NCBI GenBank assembly: GCA_027457205.1
Contig: DAIDTM010000108.1
Location: forward strand, 1-43,285
DNA from: Anaerolineae bacterium
Lineage (GTDB): Bacteria; Chloroflexota; Anaerolineae; UBA4142
DNA: 43,285 nucleotides
Direction: 5' to 3'
The translations under genes and the position numbers were made by a program. The notes beneath the pieces were generated by a model. That model saw only the letters and a list, made by a program, of their open reading frames with translations. It was not told where the DNA came from and searched no databases. Below are positions 15,373 through 26,455 of the stretch, in pieces (positions within the stretch are counted from its first letter, which is position 1; each line of letters opens with the position of its first letter).

Positions 15373-15942
15373 ATGCAAGAATTGAAAGAGCGCATCCAGA
15401 AAGAAGGACGCAATCTCGGCGGCGGCATCCTGAAGGTCGATTCGTTTCTGAATCATCAGATCGATCCTGGCTTGATGACGCGGCTAGGCGCAGAACTGGC
15501 GCGGCGATTAGCGTATACGCGCCCAACCAAAGTGCTGACGGCGGAGACGAGCGGGATCGCGCCCGCGCTCGCGACCGCCGCGGCGCTGGGCATCCCGGTC
15601 GTCTTTGCGCGCAAAAGCCCGCCGCTGACGATGGACTATACCATCGTGAAAGAAACCTGCCGCTCGCGCACGCACGATAAGATGGTCGAATTGATGGTAT
15701 CGACCGAGTACCTGACGCCGCATGACCGCGTACTTATCATTGACGATTTCCTCGCGACCGCGCAGACGATCACCGCGCTGGCGCGGCTCGTCGCCAAAGT
15801 CAATGCGACCCTCGTCGGCGTTGGTACGGTCGTGGAGAAGGAATTTGAGTACGGCCGCGTGAATGCCAAGGACTTGAACGTGCCGATCGAAAGTCTCGCG
15901 GTGATTACGAGTATGGACGACGGCAAGATCGTGATTGAATAA
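15373..15942 (+). CDS. xpt: Xanthine phosphoribosyltransferase
   Basis: 189 aa from ATG 15373; the ORF track starts earlier at 15310. MQELKERIQKEG...LKVDSFLNHQIDP...VLIIDDFLATAQT is the Xpt N-terminus plus the PRPP-binding loop. Confidence 0.9.
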   Translation: MQELKERIQKEGRNLGGGILKVDSFLNHQIDPGLMTRLGAELARRLAYTRPTKVLTAETSGIAPALATAAALGIPVVFARKSPPLTMDYTIVKETCRSRTHDKMVELMVSTEYLTPHDRVLIIDDFLATAQTITALARLVAKVNATLVGVGTVVEKEFEYGRVNAKDLNVPIESLAVITSMDDGKIVIE

Positions 15943-16019
15943 CTTCACCTCTCACCTTCTCTGCCCCTCTCCGGTCAAGACGATAGGAGAGGGAGTTGCA
16001 GAGTGGATGAGGAGACTAG

Positions 16020-17564
16020 ATGCCGGACACAATCGTCATCCTCGATTTCGGATCGCAGTATACGCAATTGATCGCGCGGCGCGTGCGCGAGCAGCGCGTC
16101 TATTCCGAAATCCTGCCGCACGACGCGCCGCGCGCAGAAATCGAACGATTAAAGCCGCGTGGCATCATCTTGTCCGGCGGTCCTTCCAGCGTCTACGACG
16201 ACGGCGCGCCCGCGCTCTCGGATTTTCTGCTCGACCTCGACGTGCCGCTGCTCGGCATCTGCTACGGAATGCAGTTGCTCGCGCATCGGCTCGGCGGACG
16301 CGTCGAAAAATCATCGACGCGCGAGTACGGTCACGCGACCGTTCATATCGATTACGCCGCGTCTCTATTTTCCAATCTTCCTTCTCCAATCTCCGTTTGG
16401 ATGAGCCACGGCGATCAAATTACGGCGCTGCCGCGTGATTTCGTCGCGCTGGCGCACAGCGACACTTGTCCCTTTGCCGCCATGGCGAACCCGACGCGCC
16501 AAATCTACGCGCTGCAATTTCATCCCGAAGTCGCGCACACGCCGCAAGGCATCGACATTTTACGGCATTTTCTGTTCGACGTATGCGGCTGCGCGGCCGA
16601 TTGGACGCCGGCGGCGTTCATCAGCAGCACGCTCGACGAGATTCGCACACGCGTCGGCGAGGCGCGCGTTTTGTGCGCGCTCAGCGGCGGCGTCGATTCA
16701 ACGGTCGTAGCGACGCTCGTTGGGCGCGCGATTGGCGAGCGGCTTGTCTGTGTCTTTGTCGATCACGGCTTGCTGCGGGACGGCGAAGCGCGCGCGGTGG
16801 TCAACTTGTTTCAGAATCGACTGGGGCTGGAGATTGTCGCGGTGGACGCGCAGGCGCGGTTCATCGACAAGTTGCAAGGCGTGATCGATCCGGAAGAAAA
16901 GCGCAAGATCATCGGCGCGGAATTCATCCGGGTATTTGAAGAAACCGCGCACTCCATCGCGAGCGCGGCGCCGTTCCGTTTCCTCGCACAGGGAACGTTG
17001 TACCCTGATGTGATCGAATCACGCGGCGTCGGCAAAGCGGCGGCGCGCATCAAGACACACCACAACGTCGGCGGACTGCCGGAGGATTTGCAATTTGAGT
17101 TGATCGAGCCGCTGCGCTGGCTGTTCAAGGACGAAGTGCGCGCGGTGGGATTGGAGCTGGGACTGCCGGAGGAATCGGTTTATCGTCAGCCGTTCCCCGG
17201 ACCCGGATTGGCAGTACGCATTCTGGGCGAAGTGACGCGCGAACGACTGGCGATCCTGCGCGCGGCAGACGCCATTGTCCGCGAGGAGATCGAGCGCGGC
17301 GGTTTAGCGCGCGAAGTCTGGCAGTACTTTGCGATCCTGACGCCGCTTAAAACAGTCGGCGTGATGGGCGACGAGCGGACGTACGAGCACGTCGTCGCGG
17401 TACGCGCGGTGGCGAGCGCGGACGGAATGACGGCGGACTGGGCGCGCCTGCCGCACGATTTGCTCGCGCGCATCGGCAGCCGCATTGTTAATAAAGTGCA
17501 CGGCGTCAATCGCGTCGTCTACGACATCACGAGTAAACCGCCAGGAACGATCGAATGGGAATGA
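16020..17564 (+). CDS. guaA: GMP synthase (glutamine-hydrolysing)
   Basis: 514 aa. GATase domain ([11 protein letters not shown]), the ATP-PPase SGGVDS motif, and the C-terminal ...KPPGTIEWE. Confidence 0.97.
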   Translation: MPDTIVILDFGSQYTQLIARRVREQRVYSEILPHDAPRAEIERLKPRGIILSGGPSSVYDDGAPALSDFLLDLDVPLLGICYGMQLLAHRLGGRVEKSSTREYGHATVHIDYAASLFSNLPSPISVWMSHGDQITALPRDFVALAHSDTCPFAAMANPTRQIYALQFHPEVAHTPQGIDILRHFLFDVCGCAADWTPAAFISSTLDEIRTRVGEARVLCALSGGVDSTVVATLVGRAIGERLVCVFVDHGLLRDGEARAVVNLFQNRLGLEIVAVDAQARFIDKLQGVIDPEEKRKIIGAEFIRVFEETAHSIASAAPFRFLAQGTLYPDVIESRGVGKAAARIKTHHNVGGLPEDLQFELIEPLRWLFKDEVRAVGLELGLPEESVYRQPFPGPGLAVRILGEVTRERLAILRAADAIVREEIERGGLAREVWQYFAILTPLKTVGVMGDERTYEHVVAVRAVASADGMTADWARLPHDLLARIGSRIVNKVHGVNRVVYDITSKPPGTIEWE

Positions 17565-17618
17565 GAAATCGCTGCCGCCCCATGATCGAAAAAAACCGGC
17601 AGACAAAGAATAACGCGT

Positions 17619-17646
17619 TTGCATCGCGCGGCGATTCGCATATAAT
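17619..17646 (+). promoter_or_regulatory. Putative promoter, copy 1 of a duplicated promoter module
   Basis: TTGCAT (17619-17624), 16 nt, TATAAT (17641-17646). AGGAG lies 7 nt before ATG 17712. The module GTTTGCATCGCGCGGCG.TT.G..TATAATA recurs at 18700-18730. Confidence 0.5.
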
Positions 17647-17711
17647 AACCGTCGAACCGCAAGGGAGCAGGGGATTCTCCTCTGTTCCTTTCCATTTTCA
17701 GGAGCGAAACT

Positions 17712-18641
17712 ATGCCTCCGATACTTCATCGGCTGACCGAAAATATCACGACCATTGATTTGCAGTTTCAAGGGCGGACCGAGGTCATCGCGTCGTACCT
17801 TTTTTATGATGGCAACGAAGCCGCGCTAATCGAGACCGGTCCCGCAGTAACGGTGGACAATCTGCTAGAAGGCGCGCAAGCCGCCGGCGTGCCGCTCGAA
17901 GCGCTGCGCCACTTGATCGTCACTCACATTCACCTCGATCATTCCGGCGCGGCGGGCATACTCGTCCGACAGCTGCCCTGGGCGCGCGTCTATGTGCATC
18001 CCAACGGCGCGCCGCATCTTGCCGATCCAGCAAAACTACTCGCGAGCGCGACACGGCTCTACGGCGACAAACTCGAATGGCTGTGGGGCATTCCGCTGCC
18101 CGTGCCCGCCGGAAATCTGGTGGTTGTCAACGATCAAGAAGAACTGCGCGTCGCGGGAACGACACTGCGCGCATTCGATACGCCCGGTCACGCCAAACAT
18201 CATCACGCTTATCTGGATACGCGCAGCGATCTTTTGTTTACCGGCGATGTCGGGGGCGTGCGGATGCCGAGCGTGCGTTACGTTCGCCCGCCCACGCCGC
18301 CGCCCGAACTCGACATTGAAGCGTGGGTGGCGAGCATCGCCAAGTTACGCGCGGTAAAGGCGACGGGGTTGTGTCCGACACATTTCGGATTATTCCGCGG
18401 CAATCTCGATTGGCACTGGAACGATCTGGAGCATCGCCTTGTCGCGTGGGGCGAGATCGTTCGCGCCGAGATCGCTCGTGGCGCGAACGACGACGCGGTG
18501 CTTGAACAAATGAAAACGCATATCGCAACGGAGATGCAAGCGCAAAACGTTGACGCAACCGCGTACGATGTGGCGGTGAGTTACGAGTCCATCGTCGCGG
18601 GATACATTCGGTACTGGAAGAAGAAAACGGAAACCGCATAA
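17712..18641 (+). CDS. MBL-fold metallo-hydrolase
   Basis: 309 aa. Contains [12 protein letters not shown] (the HxHxDH motif), and later the TPGHAKHH and D..H ligands. Confidence 0.85.
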   Translation: MPPILHRLTENITTIDLQFQGRTEVIASYLFYDGNEAALIETGPAVTVDNLLEGAQAAGVPLEALRHLIVTHIHLDHSGAAGILVRQLPWARVYVHPNGAPHLADPAKLLASATRLYGDKLEWLWGIPLPVPAGNLVVVNDQEELRVAGTTLRAFDTPGHAKHHHAYLDTRSDLLFTGDVGGVRMPSVRYVRPPTPPPELDIEAWVASIAKLRAVKATGLCPTHFGLFRGNLDWHWNDLEHRLVAWGEIVRAEIARGANDDAVLEQMKTHIATEMQAQNVDATAYDVAVSYESIVAGYIRYWKKKTETA

Positions 18642-18667
18642 AGAGAACTTTTGTTCTACTTGGTCGT

Positions 18668-18703
18668 ATGCGACGCGCTTCCCGAGCGTCGCATTTTCTG
18701 TTT
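18668..18703 (+). terminator. Intrinsic terminator after the MBL hydrolase gene
   Basis: 9-bp stem ATGCGACGC (18668-18676) / GCGTCGCAT (18686-18694) with a 9-nt loop, followed by TTTCTGTTT. Confidence 0.55.
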
Positions 18704-18729
18704 GCATCGCGCGGCGTTTGGCGTATAAT
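18702..18729 (+). promoter_or_regulatory. Putative promoter, copy 2 of the duplicated module
   Basis: TTGCAT (18702-18707), 16 nt, TATAAT (18724-18729). About 40 nt upstream of ATG 18769. Confidence 0.5.
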
Positions 18730-18768
18730 ACAAGCCGGCGTGAAAGCGCACTTCTCCAGGGAAATGAA

Positions 18769-19863
18769 ATGGCTGCTCCGATTTTTCCATTTACCGCAAT
18801 TGTCAATCAAGATAAAATGAAACGCGCGCTCGTGCTGAACGCGATCAACCCGCTCATCGGCGGCGTGTTGATTCGCGGCGAACGCGGCACGGCAAAATCG
18901 ACCGCAGTGCGCGCGCTCGCCGCGTTGCTTCCAGAAATCAATGTCGTCGCCGATTGTCCATTTTCCTGCAATCCGTACGAAAAGGATCGCTTGTGCGACA
19001 ACTGCCGCGCGCGCGTCGCAAACGACGAAGAACTGCCGGTGGCGCGCCGCAAAGTGCGCTTGGTCGATCTGCCGGTCAGCGCGACCGAAGACCGCGTCGT
19101 CGGCACACTCGATATCGAAACGGCGATCAAAAAAGGCGAAAAGAAATTCGAGCCGGGCGTACTCGCCGCGGCGAATCGCGGCATCCTCTACGTCGACGAG
19201 GTCAACCTGCTCGACGATCACGTCGTCGATTTGCTGCTCGACAGCGCGGCGATGGGCGTCAACGTCGTCGAGCGTGAAGGCATCTCGTTCCAGCATCCGG
19301 CGCAATTCGTTTTGGTCGGCACGATGAACCCGGAGGAAGGCGAACTACGCCCGCAGTTGCTGGACCGCTTTGGGTTGTCGGTCGAGATTCGCGGCATCGC
19401 GGACGCGGAGGCGCGCGTCGAGATCATCGAACGCCGGCTCGCGTTCGAGCAAGACCCGATTGGCTTTTGCCAAGAATGGTCGACGGCGGAAGCCAAGTTG
19501 TCGTCCGAGATCGAATCGGCGCGGCACGCGCTGCATTCGGTCACGCATCAACAAGCCGATCTGTACGCCATCGCCGAACTCTCGGCGGGCTTGGAAGTGG
19601 ATGGACACCGCGCCGATCTGGTCATCCTGAAAGGCGCGCGCGCCCACGCCGCATTCGCCAGCCACACCGCGATCACCGAAGAAGATATTTTGCTCGCCGC
19701 TGAACTCGCGCTGCCGCATCGAATGAAACGCAAGGCGTTCGCGGATGTCGAACTGCGCTTCGAGCAACTTGAAAAGCAGCTCGACAAATCCAAGCAAGGT
19801 ATGGCAAGCCAGAGCCAGCCCAAAGGCGAGCAGTCGCGCGACGTAAAAAAAAAGCCAGTTTAG
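18769..19863 (+). CDS. AAA+ ATPase of the Mg/Co-chelatase ChlI/BchI family
   Basis: About 364 aa from ATG 18769. The ORF track start at 18718 would overlap the promoter. Contains [38 protein letters not shown] (Walker A), [10 protein letters not shown] (Walker B), and a Cys4 insert CPFSCNP...CDNC. Confidence 0.9.
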   Translation: MAAPIFPFTAIVNQDKMKRALVLNAINPLIGGVLIRGERGTAKSTAVRALAALLPEINVVADCPFSCNPYEKDRLCDNCRARVANDEELPVARRKVRLVDLPVSATEDRVVGTLDIETAIKKGEKKFEPGVLAAANRGILYVDEVNLLDDHVVDLLLDSAAMGVNVVEREGISFQHPAQFVLVGTMNPEEGELRPQLLDRFGLSVEIRGIADAEARVEIIERRLAFEQDPIGFCQEWSTAEAKLSSEIESARHALHSVTHQQADLYAIAELSAGLEVDGHRADLVILKGARAHAAFASHTAITEEDILLAAELALPHRMKRKAFADVELRFEQLEKQLDKSKQGMASQSQPKGEQSRDVKKKPV

Positions 19864-19910
19864 CCGCTGACCAGACGGCGGACACCCCGCCCGAACCCAG
19901 CGATCAATCG

Positions 19911-20828
<918 letters not shown>

Positions 20829-20836
20829 AGAACGCG

Positions 20837-21634
20837 ATGACGATCGACCTGGAAGATTGGTTTTGCGCGTACAATCTACGAATCAAGATGCGGGATTGGG
20901 ACAAGCAAGAACTGCGCGTCGTCGCGAACACGCGGCGGATTCTGGATTTGCTCGAAAAGCACAACACGCGCGCAACCTTCTTCGTTCTCGGCTGGATCGC
21001 CGAGCGCGTGCCGGATTTGGTGCGCGAGATCGAGCAGCGCGGGCACGAGATCGCGACCCACGGCTATTCGCACACGGTGTTAACCGAGATGACGCCGGAG
21101 GCATTTGACGCCGACCTGACGCGCGCCCTTGATGTAACGCGCGCGTGTGTGCAACAAGACATCATCGGCTTTCGCGCGCCCTCGTTCACGATCACCCACA
21201 AGACACTGTGGGCAATCGACATTCTCGCGCGGCACGGTATCCGCTACGACTCGTCCGTTTTTCCGATTGGATTCCATCCCGATTACGGCATCGCGGACGC
21301 GGCGCTAGCGATCCATCCACTCGGCGCGCTAACCGAGGTGCCGATGAGCGTCGCCGAAGTATTCGGCAGAAAGATTCCGTGCAGCGGTGGCGGATACTTC
21401 CGAGTCATTCCGTACCCAGTCACGCGATTTCTGATGCGACGATGCAATCAGCAAGGCCGCCCCGTGATTTTCTACGTGCATCCATGGGAGACCGATCCGG
21501 GGCAGCCGCGCGTCAAACTCTCGCTGTCGAAAAGCTTCCGGCATTACTTTAATCTCGACCAGACAATGCATCGGCTCGATCAACTGCTGACCGATTTCGA
21601 ATTCACGCCGATCAAACAGGTGCTGGGATTATGA
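20837..21634 (+). CDS. Polysaccharide deacetylase family protein (DUF3473/exopolysaccharide-locus type)
   Basis: About 265 aa from ATG 20837; GTG 20825, which overlaps the upstream stop, is an alternative. MTIDLEDWF...ATFFVLGWIAERVPDLVREI...GHEIATHGYSH... The long N-terminal extension in ORF 20273..21634 overlaps the VWA gene and is Arg-rich, so it is spurious. Confidence 0.85.
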   Translation: MTIDLEDWFCAYNLRIKMRDWDKQELRVVANTRRILDLLEKHNTRATFFVLGWIAERVPDLVREIEQRGHEIATHGYSHTVLTEMTPEAFDADLTRALDVTRACVQQDIIGFRAPSFTITHKTLWAIDILARHGIRYDSSVFPIGFHPDYGIADAALAIHPLGALTEVPMSVAEVFGRKIPCSGGGYFRVIPYPVTRFLMRRCNQQGRPVIFYVHPWETDPGQPRVKLSLSKSFRHYFNLDQTMHRLDQLLTDFEFTPIKQVLGL

Positions 21635-22281
21635 ATCAGGATCTGCTAAAGCAAAAAGATTACTGGGACCACCAAGTCAACGATTTCGATTCCATCTACG
21701 CGCGCAGCAAAAGCCGGTTCGACAACTGGATCGACGCGACGTTCCGCTGGGATATGTACGTGCGGTTTGATTACACGATGGAAAACGCGGAGCCGATTCA
21801 CGGCAGGACAATTCTCGACGTGGGCTGCGGCACCGGGCGCTACGCGCTGGAATTCGCGCGGCGCGGCGCGCGACGCGTCGTCGGGATCGATATTGCAGAA
21901 AAGATGCTGGCGGTGTGCGAGCAGCGCGCGCGCGAAGAGCATCTGGATGATCGCTGCGTGTTTGTCCACACTGATCTGACCAAGTATCAGCCGGATGAAA
22001 AGTTTGACGTGTGCATCGGCATCGGCTTGTTTGATTACATCCGCGAGCCGTTGCCAGTACTAATCAAAATGCGCGAGGTCGTGACCGACCGCGCGATCGT
22101 AAGTCTGCCGCGCTTTTGGACGTGGCGCGCACCGGTGCGCCGCGCGCGCCTAGCACTGCGCGGCTGCGACGTTTACTTTTATACCAAAGAACACATCGAC
22201 GCATTGCTCCGGCAGGCAGGATTTAAGAAATATACGCTCAAACAGGTTGGACAACTGTATTGCGTGACGGCGTTTGTCTAG
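21631..22281 (+). CDS. Class I SAM-dependent methyltransferase
   Basis: 216 aa. Motif I is ILDVGCGTGRYA. An acidic residue ends beta-2 (VVGIDI). ATGA overlap with the upstream gene. Confidence 0.85.
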   Translation: MNQDLLKQKDYWDHQVNDFDSIYARSKSRFDNWIDATFRWDMYVRFDYTMENAEPIHGRTILDVGCGTGRYALEFARRGARRVVGIDIAEKMLAVCEQRAREEHLDDRCVFVHTDLTKYQPDEKFDVCIGIGLFDYIREPLPVLIKMREVVTDRAIVSLPRFWTWRAPVRRARLALRGCDVYFYTKEHIDALLRQAGFKKYTLKQVGQLYCVTAFV

Positions 22282-22297
22282 TGGACACTAACAATCG

Positions 22298-23053
22298 GTG
22301 AAAACTAGCATATTGTTGTATCAGTTTCACGTGCAACATTTACATAAATCAAAGTTTTGTAAATCGTTTACCAATCTACTTGCCACGCTGACCTTCGCCC
22401 CGCTGTGGTTGCTATGTTCAAGTTGCGCGCCGGCACCACAATCAACCCCTGTGCCAACGCGCGCTGCCACATCAGCCGCAACGCTAACCGTGACCACGAC
22501 AGCAACCGCCGCGCCAGCAATCGCGGACACAAGTCCGTATCACTTGAGCGACACGCAACTTGTACAACTTGGTGATTCTACGCAACCATTCGTCGCGAGC
22601 CGCAGTGTCGTCTTGGAGCGATTTGCAAATGGCGTGATGCTGGTCTTCGCAAAATCGGACAAGGGATTCGACAATTCCGGCGGTGAGTTCATCTTCGCGC
22701 TGACCAAGGACGGTCGCGCCTGGCGCATCGCGGATACATTTGTCGAAACTTCAAAGAATCCTGACAGTTGGTACACCTGCGACCGCAAACCAGGGCTACG
22801 CCCAGAGAGATCCGGTGTTCCGTGGCGCGGCTTTGGAAAAGCGTGGTGCGATCACCCCGAAGTGCGCGCCGCGCTCGGCAGCGCGCGCAGCTATGAAGAA
22901 TCCGACATCGATGCGTCGTTTCAGGCGTACGAAAGAGGTCGCGCCTTCCAACTCTCCGACTGGCGAGGCATCCCTGGCTGGAATAGCGCGAAAGTGTACG
23001 TTGTGCTCTTGGACTCGTCTGATCCCAACTTTGCGCCCGGACGATGGGAATAA
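22298..23053 (+). CDS. Hypothetical secreted protein or lipoprotein
   Basis: 251 aa with a GTG start. Hydrophobic N-terminus with LWLLCSSC, then a Thr/Ala-rich linker. I recognise no family. The start is uncertain. Confidence 0.55.
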   Translation: MKTSILLYQFHVQHLHKSKFCKSFTNLLATLTFAPLWLLCSSCAPAPQSTPVPTRAATSAATLTVTTTATAAPAIADTSPYHLSDTQLVQLGDSTQPFVASRSVVLERFANGVMLVFAKSDKGFDNSGGEFIFALTKDGRAWRIADTFVETSKNPDSWYTCDRKPGLRPERSGVPWRGFGKAWCDHPEVRAALGSARSYEESDIDASFQAYERGRAFQLSDWRGIPGWNSAKVYVVLLDSSDPNFAPGRWE

Positions 23054-23967
23054 CCGCCGAAGTGAAACCCGAAACCCACACCCACACCTTGTCCCCGGAA
23101 ATCTGCGATTACGAAAACTCGCCCTGGCGCACCGAGTTCTGGCACGGTCGCGACTACGAAGATCGCGCGGAACGCATTGCCATCGGGCATATGCTGCCGC
23201 CGCACGGCGCGCGCCTGTGCGAGATTGGCGCAGGGTTCGGGCGGCTGGCAGGTTTCTACTTGGGCTACGAACGCGTCATTCTGGTTGATTACGCGCGCTC
23301 AATGCTCGCCGACGCGCGTGAACGTCTGATGAAAGATTCACGCTTCACCTTCGTCGTCGCCGACCTCTACAACCTGCCACTTGCCGATTCCACGCTCGAT
23401 ACCGGGGTCACCGTGCGCGTCCTGCATCACATCGCCGATATTCCGCGCGCGTTCGCGGAGATTGCACGCGTCGTGCGTCCGCAAGGCACGTACCTCACCG
23501 AGTTCGCGAACAAGCGGCACCTCAAGGCGCGGCTACGATACACCCTGACCCATCACGGAGCCAACCCGTCCGCGCTTGAGCCATACGAGTTCGTCAAGCT
23601 CAATTTCGATTTTCACCCGCGCTACATCGACGAAGAATTGCGGAAGAACGGATTTGTCATCCGCGACCGCCGCGCGGTCTCGACATTTCGCGCCGCGCTG
23701 CTAAAACGAATTGTGCCCGCGAATATCCTTGCTGCGCTCGACGGTCTTGTCCAATCCCCAAGCTCCAATCTCCAGTTGTCGCCAAGCATTTTTCTTCGCT
23801 CTCAATCTGTCAAGCCCGGCGCGCCCACACTCAATCCCGCGCTCTGGCGCTGCCCCGCGTGTGGCTCGACCGACATCACAGAATCGTCCGACGCGCTGAT
23901 GTGCCGCGCGTGTTCGCGCGCGTATCCCATCATCGATGGCATCATTGATTTCAAATCCCAAATGTAG
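23044..23967 (+). CDS. Class I SAM-dependent methyltransferase fused to a C-terminal Trm112-like zinc-ribbon
   Basis: 307 aa. Motif I is LCEIGAGFGRLA. The C-terminus WRCPACGS...LMCRACSRAYPIIDGIIDF matches the Trm112/DUF343 pattern. 10-nt overlap with the upstream gene. Confidence 0.8.
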   Translation: MGITAEVKPETHTHTLSPEICDYENSPWRTEFWHGRDYEDRAERIAIGHMLPPHGARLCEIGAGFGRLAGFYLGYERVILVDYARSMLADARERLMKDSRFTFVVADLYNLPLADSTLDTGVTVRVLHHIADIPRAFAEIARVVRPQGTYLTEFANKRHLKARLRYTLTHHGANPSALEPYEFVKLNFDFHPRYIDEELRKNGFVIRDRRAVSTFRAALLKRIVPANILAALDGLVQSPSSNLQLSPSIFLRSQSVKPGAPTLNPALWRCPACGSTDITESSDALMCRACSRAYPIIDGIIDFKSQM

Positions 23968-24037
23968 TATACTGTTCGCACGTCACTGCTCACCGTCCAC
24001 TATTTCCTGATCACTGCTCCACCTGGAGGTTCGACCA

Positions 24038-25171
24038 ATGAAGGTCTCGTGCTTGCAAGAAAATCTCGCCAAGGGACTATCGATCGTCAGCCGCGCGGTC
24101 GCGTCACGCTCGACGCTGCCGGTGCTGGGTAATGTCTTGATCGCGACCGATCAAGGTCGGTTGAAACTTGCCGCGACAAATCTCGAACTCGCCGTCACCT
24201 GCTGGATCGGCGCGAAAGTCGACGAGGACGGCGCGACCACCGTGCCCGCGCGCGTGCTCAGCGATTTCATCAACTCACTGCCGCCAGAACGTATCGATAT
24301 GGAGTTGAACGTCAAGACACAGACGTTGCATTTAAAATGTGCGCGGTATGACGCCAACATCAAAGGGATCGATGCAACCGAGTTCCCGATCATCCCGTCG
24401 ATTGGCGACGGTAAGAAAATTTCGCTCGAACCCGAAACGCTGCGCGAAATGATCGAGCAGGTGACGTTCGCGGCGGCAACCGATGAATCGCGACCGGTGC
24501 TCACCGGCGTCGTCACAAAATTCGAGAAAGACAAAGTGACCTTCGCGGCGGCGGATGGCTTTCGACTTTCGGTTCGCCACGCGACGCTGAGCACGCCGAT
24601 CGATCAGCCGATCAGCGCGATCGTGCCGGCAAAGGCGCTGCAAGAAGTTGGTCGCGTCAGCGGCGATCAAGAGGACCCGATCGAGATGGCAGTGACGGAG
24701 AACAAATCGCAAGTGCTGTTCAAGTTGACGAACATCGAGATCGTCTCGCAACTCATCGACGGCGTATTTCCGGATTTCACGCGCATCATTCCGGAATCGC
24801 ACGCGACGCGCACGGTCGTCAACACGAGCGAACTACAGAACGCGGTAAAAGCATCGTCGGTTTTTGCGCGCGAGGCGATGAACACCGTGCGGGTGCAGAT
24901 CGCGCCGAGCGGCGAAATGGGCGCGGGTAAAATGACGATGACTGCCGCCAGCGCGGAATCCGGCGATAATGTCGGTGACATCGACGCGACGGTGGACGGC
25001 GAGCCAGTTGAGATCGCATTCAACGCACGCTATCTTGCCGATGTGCTGAACGTGCTGCACGCGCCCCAAGTCGCGATTGAAACGTCCGGCTCGTCGAGTC
25101 CCGGCGTCATCAAAGCCGTGAACCGCGATGATTTCACGCACGTGATCATGCCGATGCATCTCGGAAAATAG
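24038..25171 (+). CDS. dnaN: DNA polymerase III beta sliding clamp
   Basis: 377 aa. MKVSCLQENLAKGLSIVSRAVASRSTLPVLGNVLI...LKLAATNLELA... and the C-terminal ...HVIMPMHL. Confidence 0.95.
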   Translation: MKVSCLQENLAKGLSIVSRAVASRSTLPVLGNVLIATDQGRLKLAATNLELAVTCWIGAKVDEDGATTVPARVLSDFINSLPPERIDMELNVKTQTLHLKCARYDANIKGIDATEFPIIPSIGDGKKISLEPETLREMIEQVTFAAATDESRPVLTGVVTKFEKDKVTFAAADGFRLSVRHATLSTPIDQPISAIVPAKALQEVGRVSGDQEDPIEMAVTENKSQVLFKLTNIEIVSQLIDGVFPDFTRIIPESHATRTVVNTSELQNAVKASSVFAREAMNTVRVQIAPSGEMGAGKMTMTAASAESGDNVGDIDATVDGEPVEIAFNARYLADVLNVLHAPQVAIETSGSSSPGVIKAVNRDDFTHVIMPMHLGK

Positions 25172-25185
25172 AAAAACGTGGGTAG

Positions 25186-25236
25186 AAAGCAGAAGGCAGA
25201 GGACAGGAAGAAATCCCGTTCTCTGCCTTCTGCTTT
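25186..25236. terminator. Bidirectional hairpin terminator between convergent dnaN and rnd
   Basis: Perfect 16-bp stem AAAGCAGAAGGCAGAG (25186-25201) / CTCTGCCTTCTGCTTT (25221-25236) with a 19-nt loop. Confidence 0.6.
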
Positions 25237-25254
25237 GTGCGTTGTGCTTTCTGC

Positions 25255-26448
25255 TTACTTTCCTTTTCCATCCAGCACTCGCAATATTTCCTCGCCATAC
25301 GTCTTCGCTTTCCACGATCCCATGTTGCTGACCGTGATTAGCGCATCCAGCGTCCGCGGATTCTTACGCGCCGCGGCAAACAATACATCGTTCGATACAA
25401 TCACGTCCGGCTCAACGCCGCGCGCGACAGCCCGCTGCTTGCGCCATTCCTTCAAATGCCCCAGCCGCGTCCGTGCATCGTTGTCCAGCGGCGGCTGACC
25501 GCGCGACTGCGGGTGCGGTGTCGCGGTCTGCGGCGCGGCGCGCCCGCGCGCCACCGCGTCGAGGATCGCGGGACCGTACCGCTTCGCTGCGTATACAGAA
25601 ACGCCGCGGACGCGCGCCAGGTCGCGCGGCGCGCTGGGATGCGCCAAAGCCAGTTGCAGCATCGTCGCATCCGACAAGACCTTGAACGGCGGATGATCTT
25701 CCTTGCGCGCCTGAGTGTCGCGGAAGCGGAATAGCTCGCGCAAAATACCCAGCCCGCCCTTATCCAGATCGCGCGCGCCGGCAATACTCCAGTACGCGTC
25801 AGGGTCGAATCGCCGCGCGGCGGCTTGGACGCGCGTCAACCGCTCGAATTCCTCGCGCGCTTCGTCCATCCGATCCAGCCGGTTCAGTTCTTCGATCTGG
25901 ACATCACGCAGCGCGAGCAAATAGTGAGTGTCCTCGCGCGCGTAGGCGATCTGCTCCGCCGTCAGCGGACGATGTCCCCAATCGGCGCGCTGCATCTTTT
26001 TATTGAGCGTCACGCCGAAACGTTCTTGCAAAATATTTCCCAGCCCGACATTCTTCCAGCCCAAAATCCGCGCCGCGATCATCGTGTCGAAAATGTTATT
26101 GAACTCGAAATGATAATCGCGTTTCAAACAGAGAATGTCGTACTCTGCGGCGTGGAAGACCTTTTCGATCCGCGCGTCGCCAAAGACCGGCGCAAGCGCC
26201 GCGACTCCATCCAAACCTGCCAGCGCGAGCGGGTCCACCACATAGTCCGCCACGCGCGTCGAGACCTGCACCAGGCAGACTTTTTCGAAATAAGAAAAAA
26301 GACTGTCTGATTCAGTATCGATGGCAATCAGCGTTTCGCCCAGTAACCGTTGCCGCATCGCGTCGAGCGCGGCAGGTGTCGCAACCCACACCGGCGCGTT
26401 TTCCAAGTCTGGCATTTTGATTTTACGAATGTCTACATAGTTTGGCAT
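25255..26448 (-). CDS. rnd: Ribonuclease D (DEDD 3'-5' exonuclease plus HRDC domain)
   Basis: About 397 aa from ATG 26448. The ORF track extends to 26571, but that part overlaps lgt. Contains IAIDTESDSLFSY (Exo I), FHAAEYDILCL, and YAREDTHYLL (Exo III), followed by an HRDC-like region. Confidence 0.85.
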   Translation of the reverse strand: MPNYVDIRKIKMPDLENAPVWVATPAALDAMRQRLLGETLIAIDTESDSLFSYFEKVCLVQVSTRVADYVVDPLALAGLDGVAALAPVFGDARIEKVFHAAEYDILCLKRDYHFEFNNIFDTMIAARILGWKNVGLGNILQERFGVTLNKKMQRADWGHRPLTAEQIAYAREDTHYLLALRDVQIEELNRLDRMDEAREEFERLTRVQAAARRFDPDAYWSIAGARDLDKGGLGILRELFRFRDTQARKEDHPPFKVLSDATMLQLALAHPSAPRDLARVRGVSVYAAKRYGPAILDAVARGRAAPQTATPHPQSRGQPPLDNDARTRLGHLKEWRKQRAVARGVEPDVIVSNDVLFAAARKNPRTLDALITVSNMGSWKAKTYGEEILRVLDGKGK

Positions 26449-26455
26449 CTCTGAT

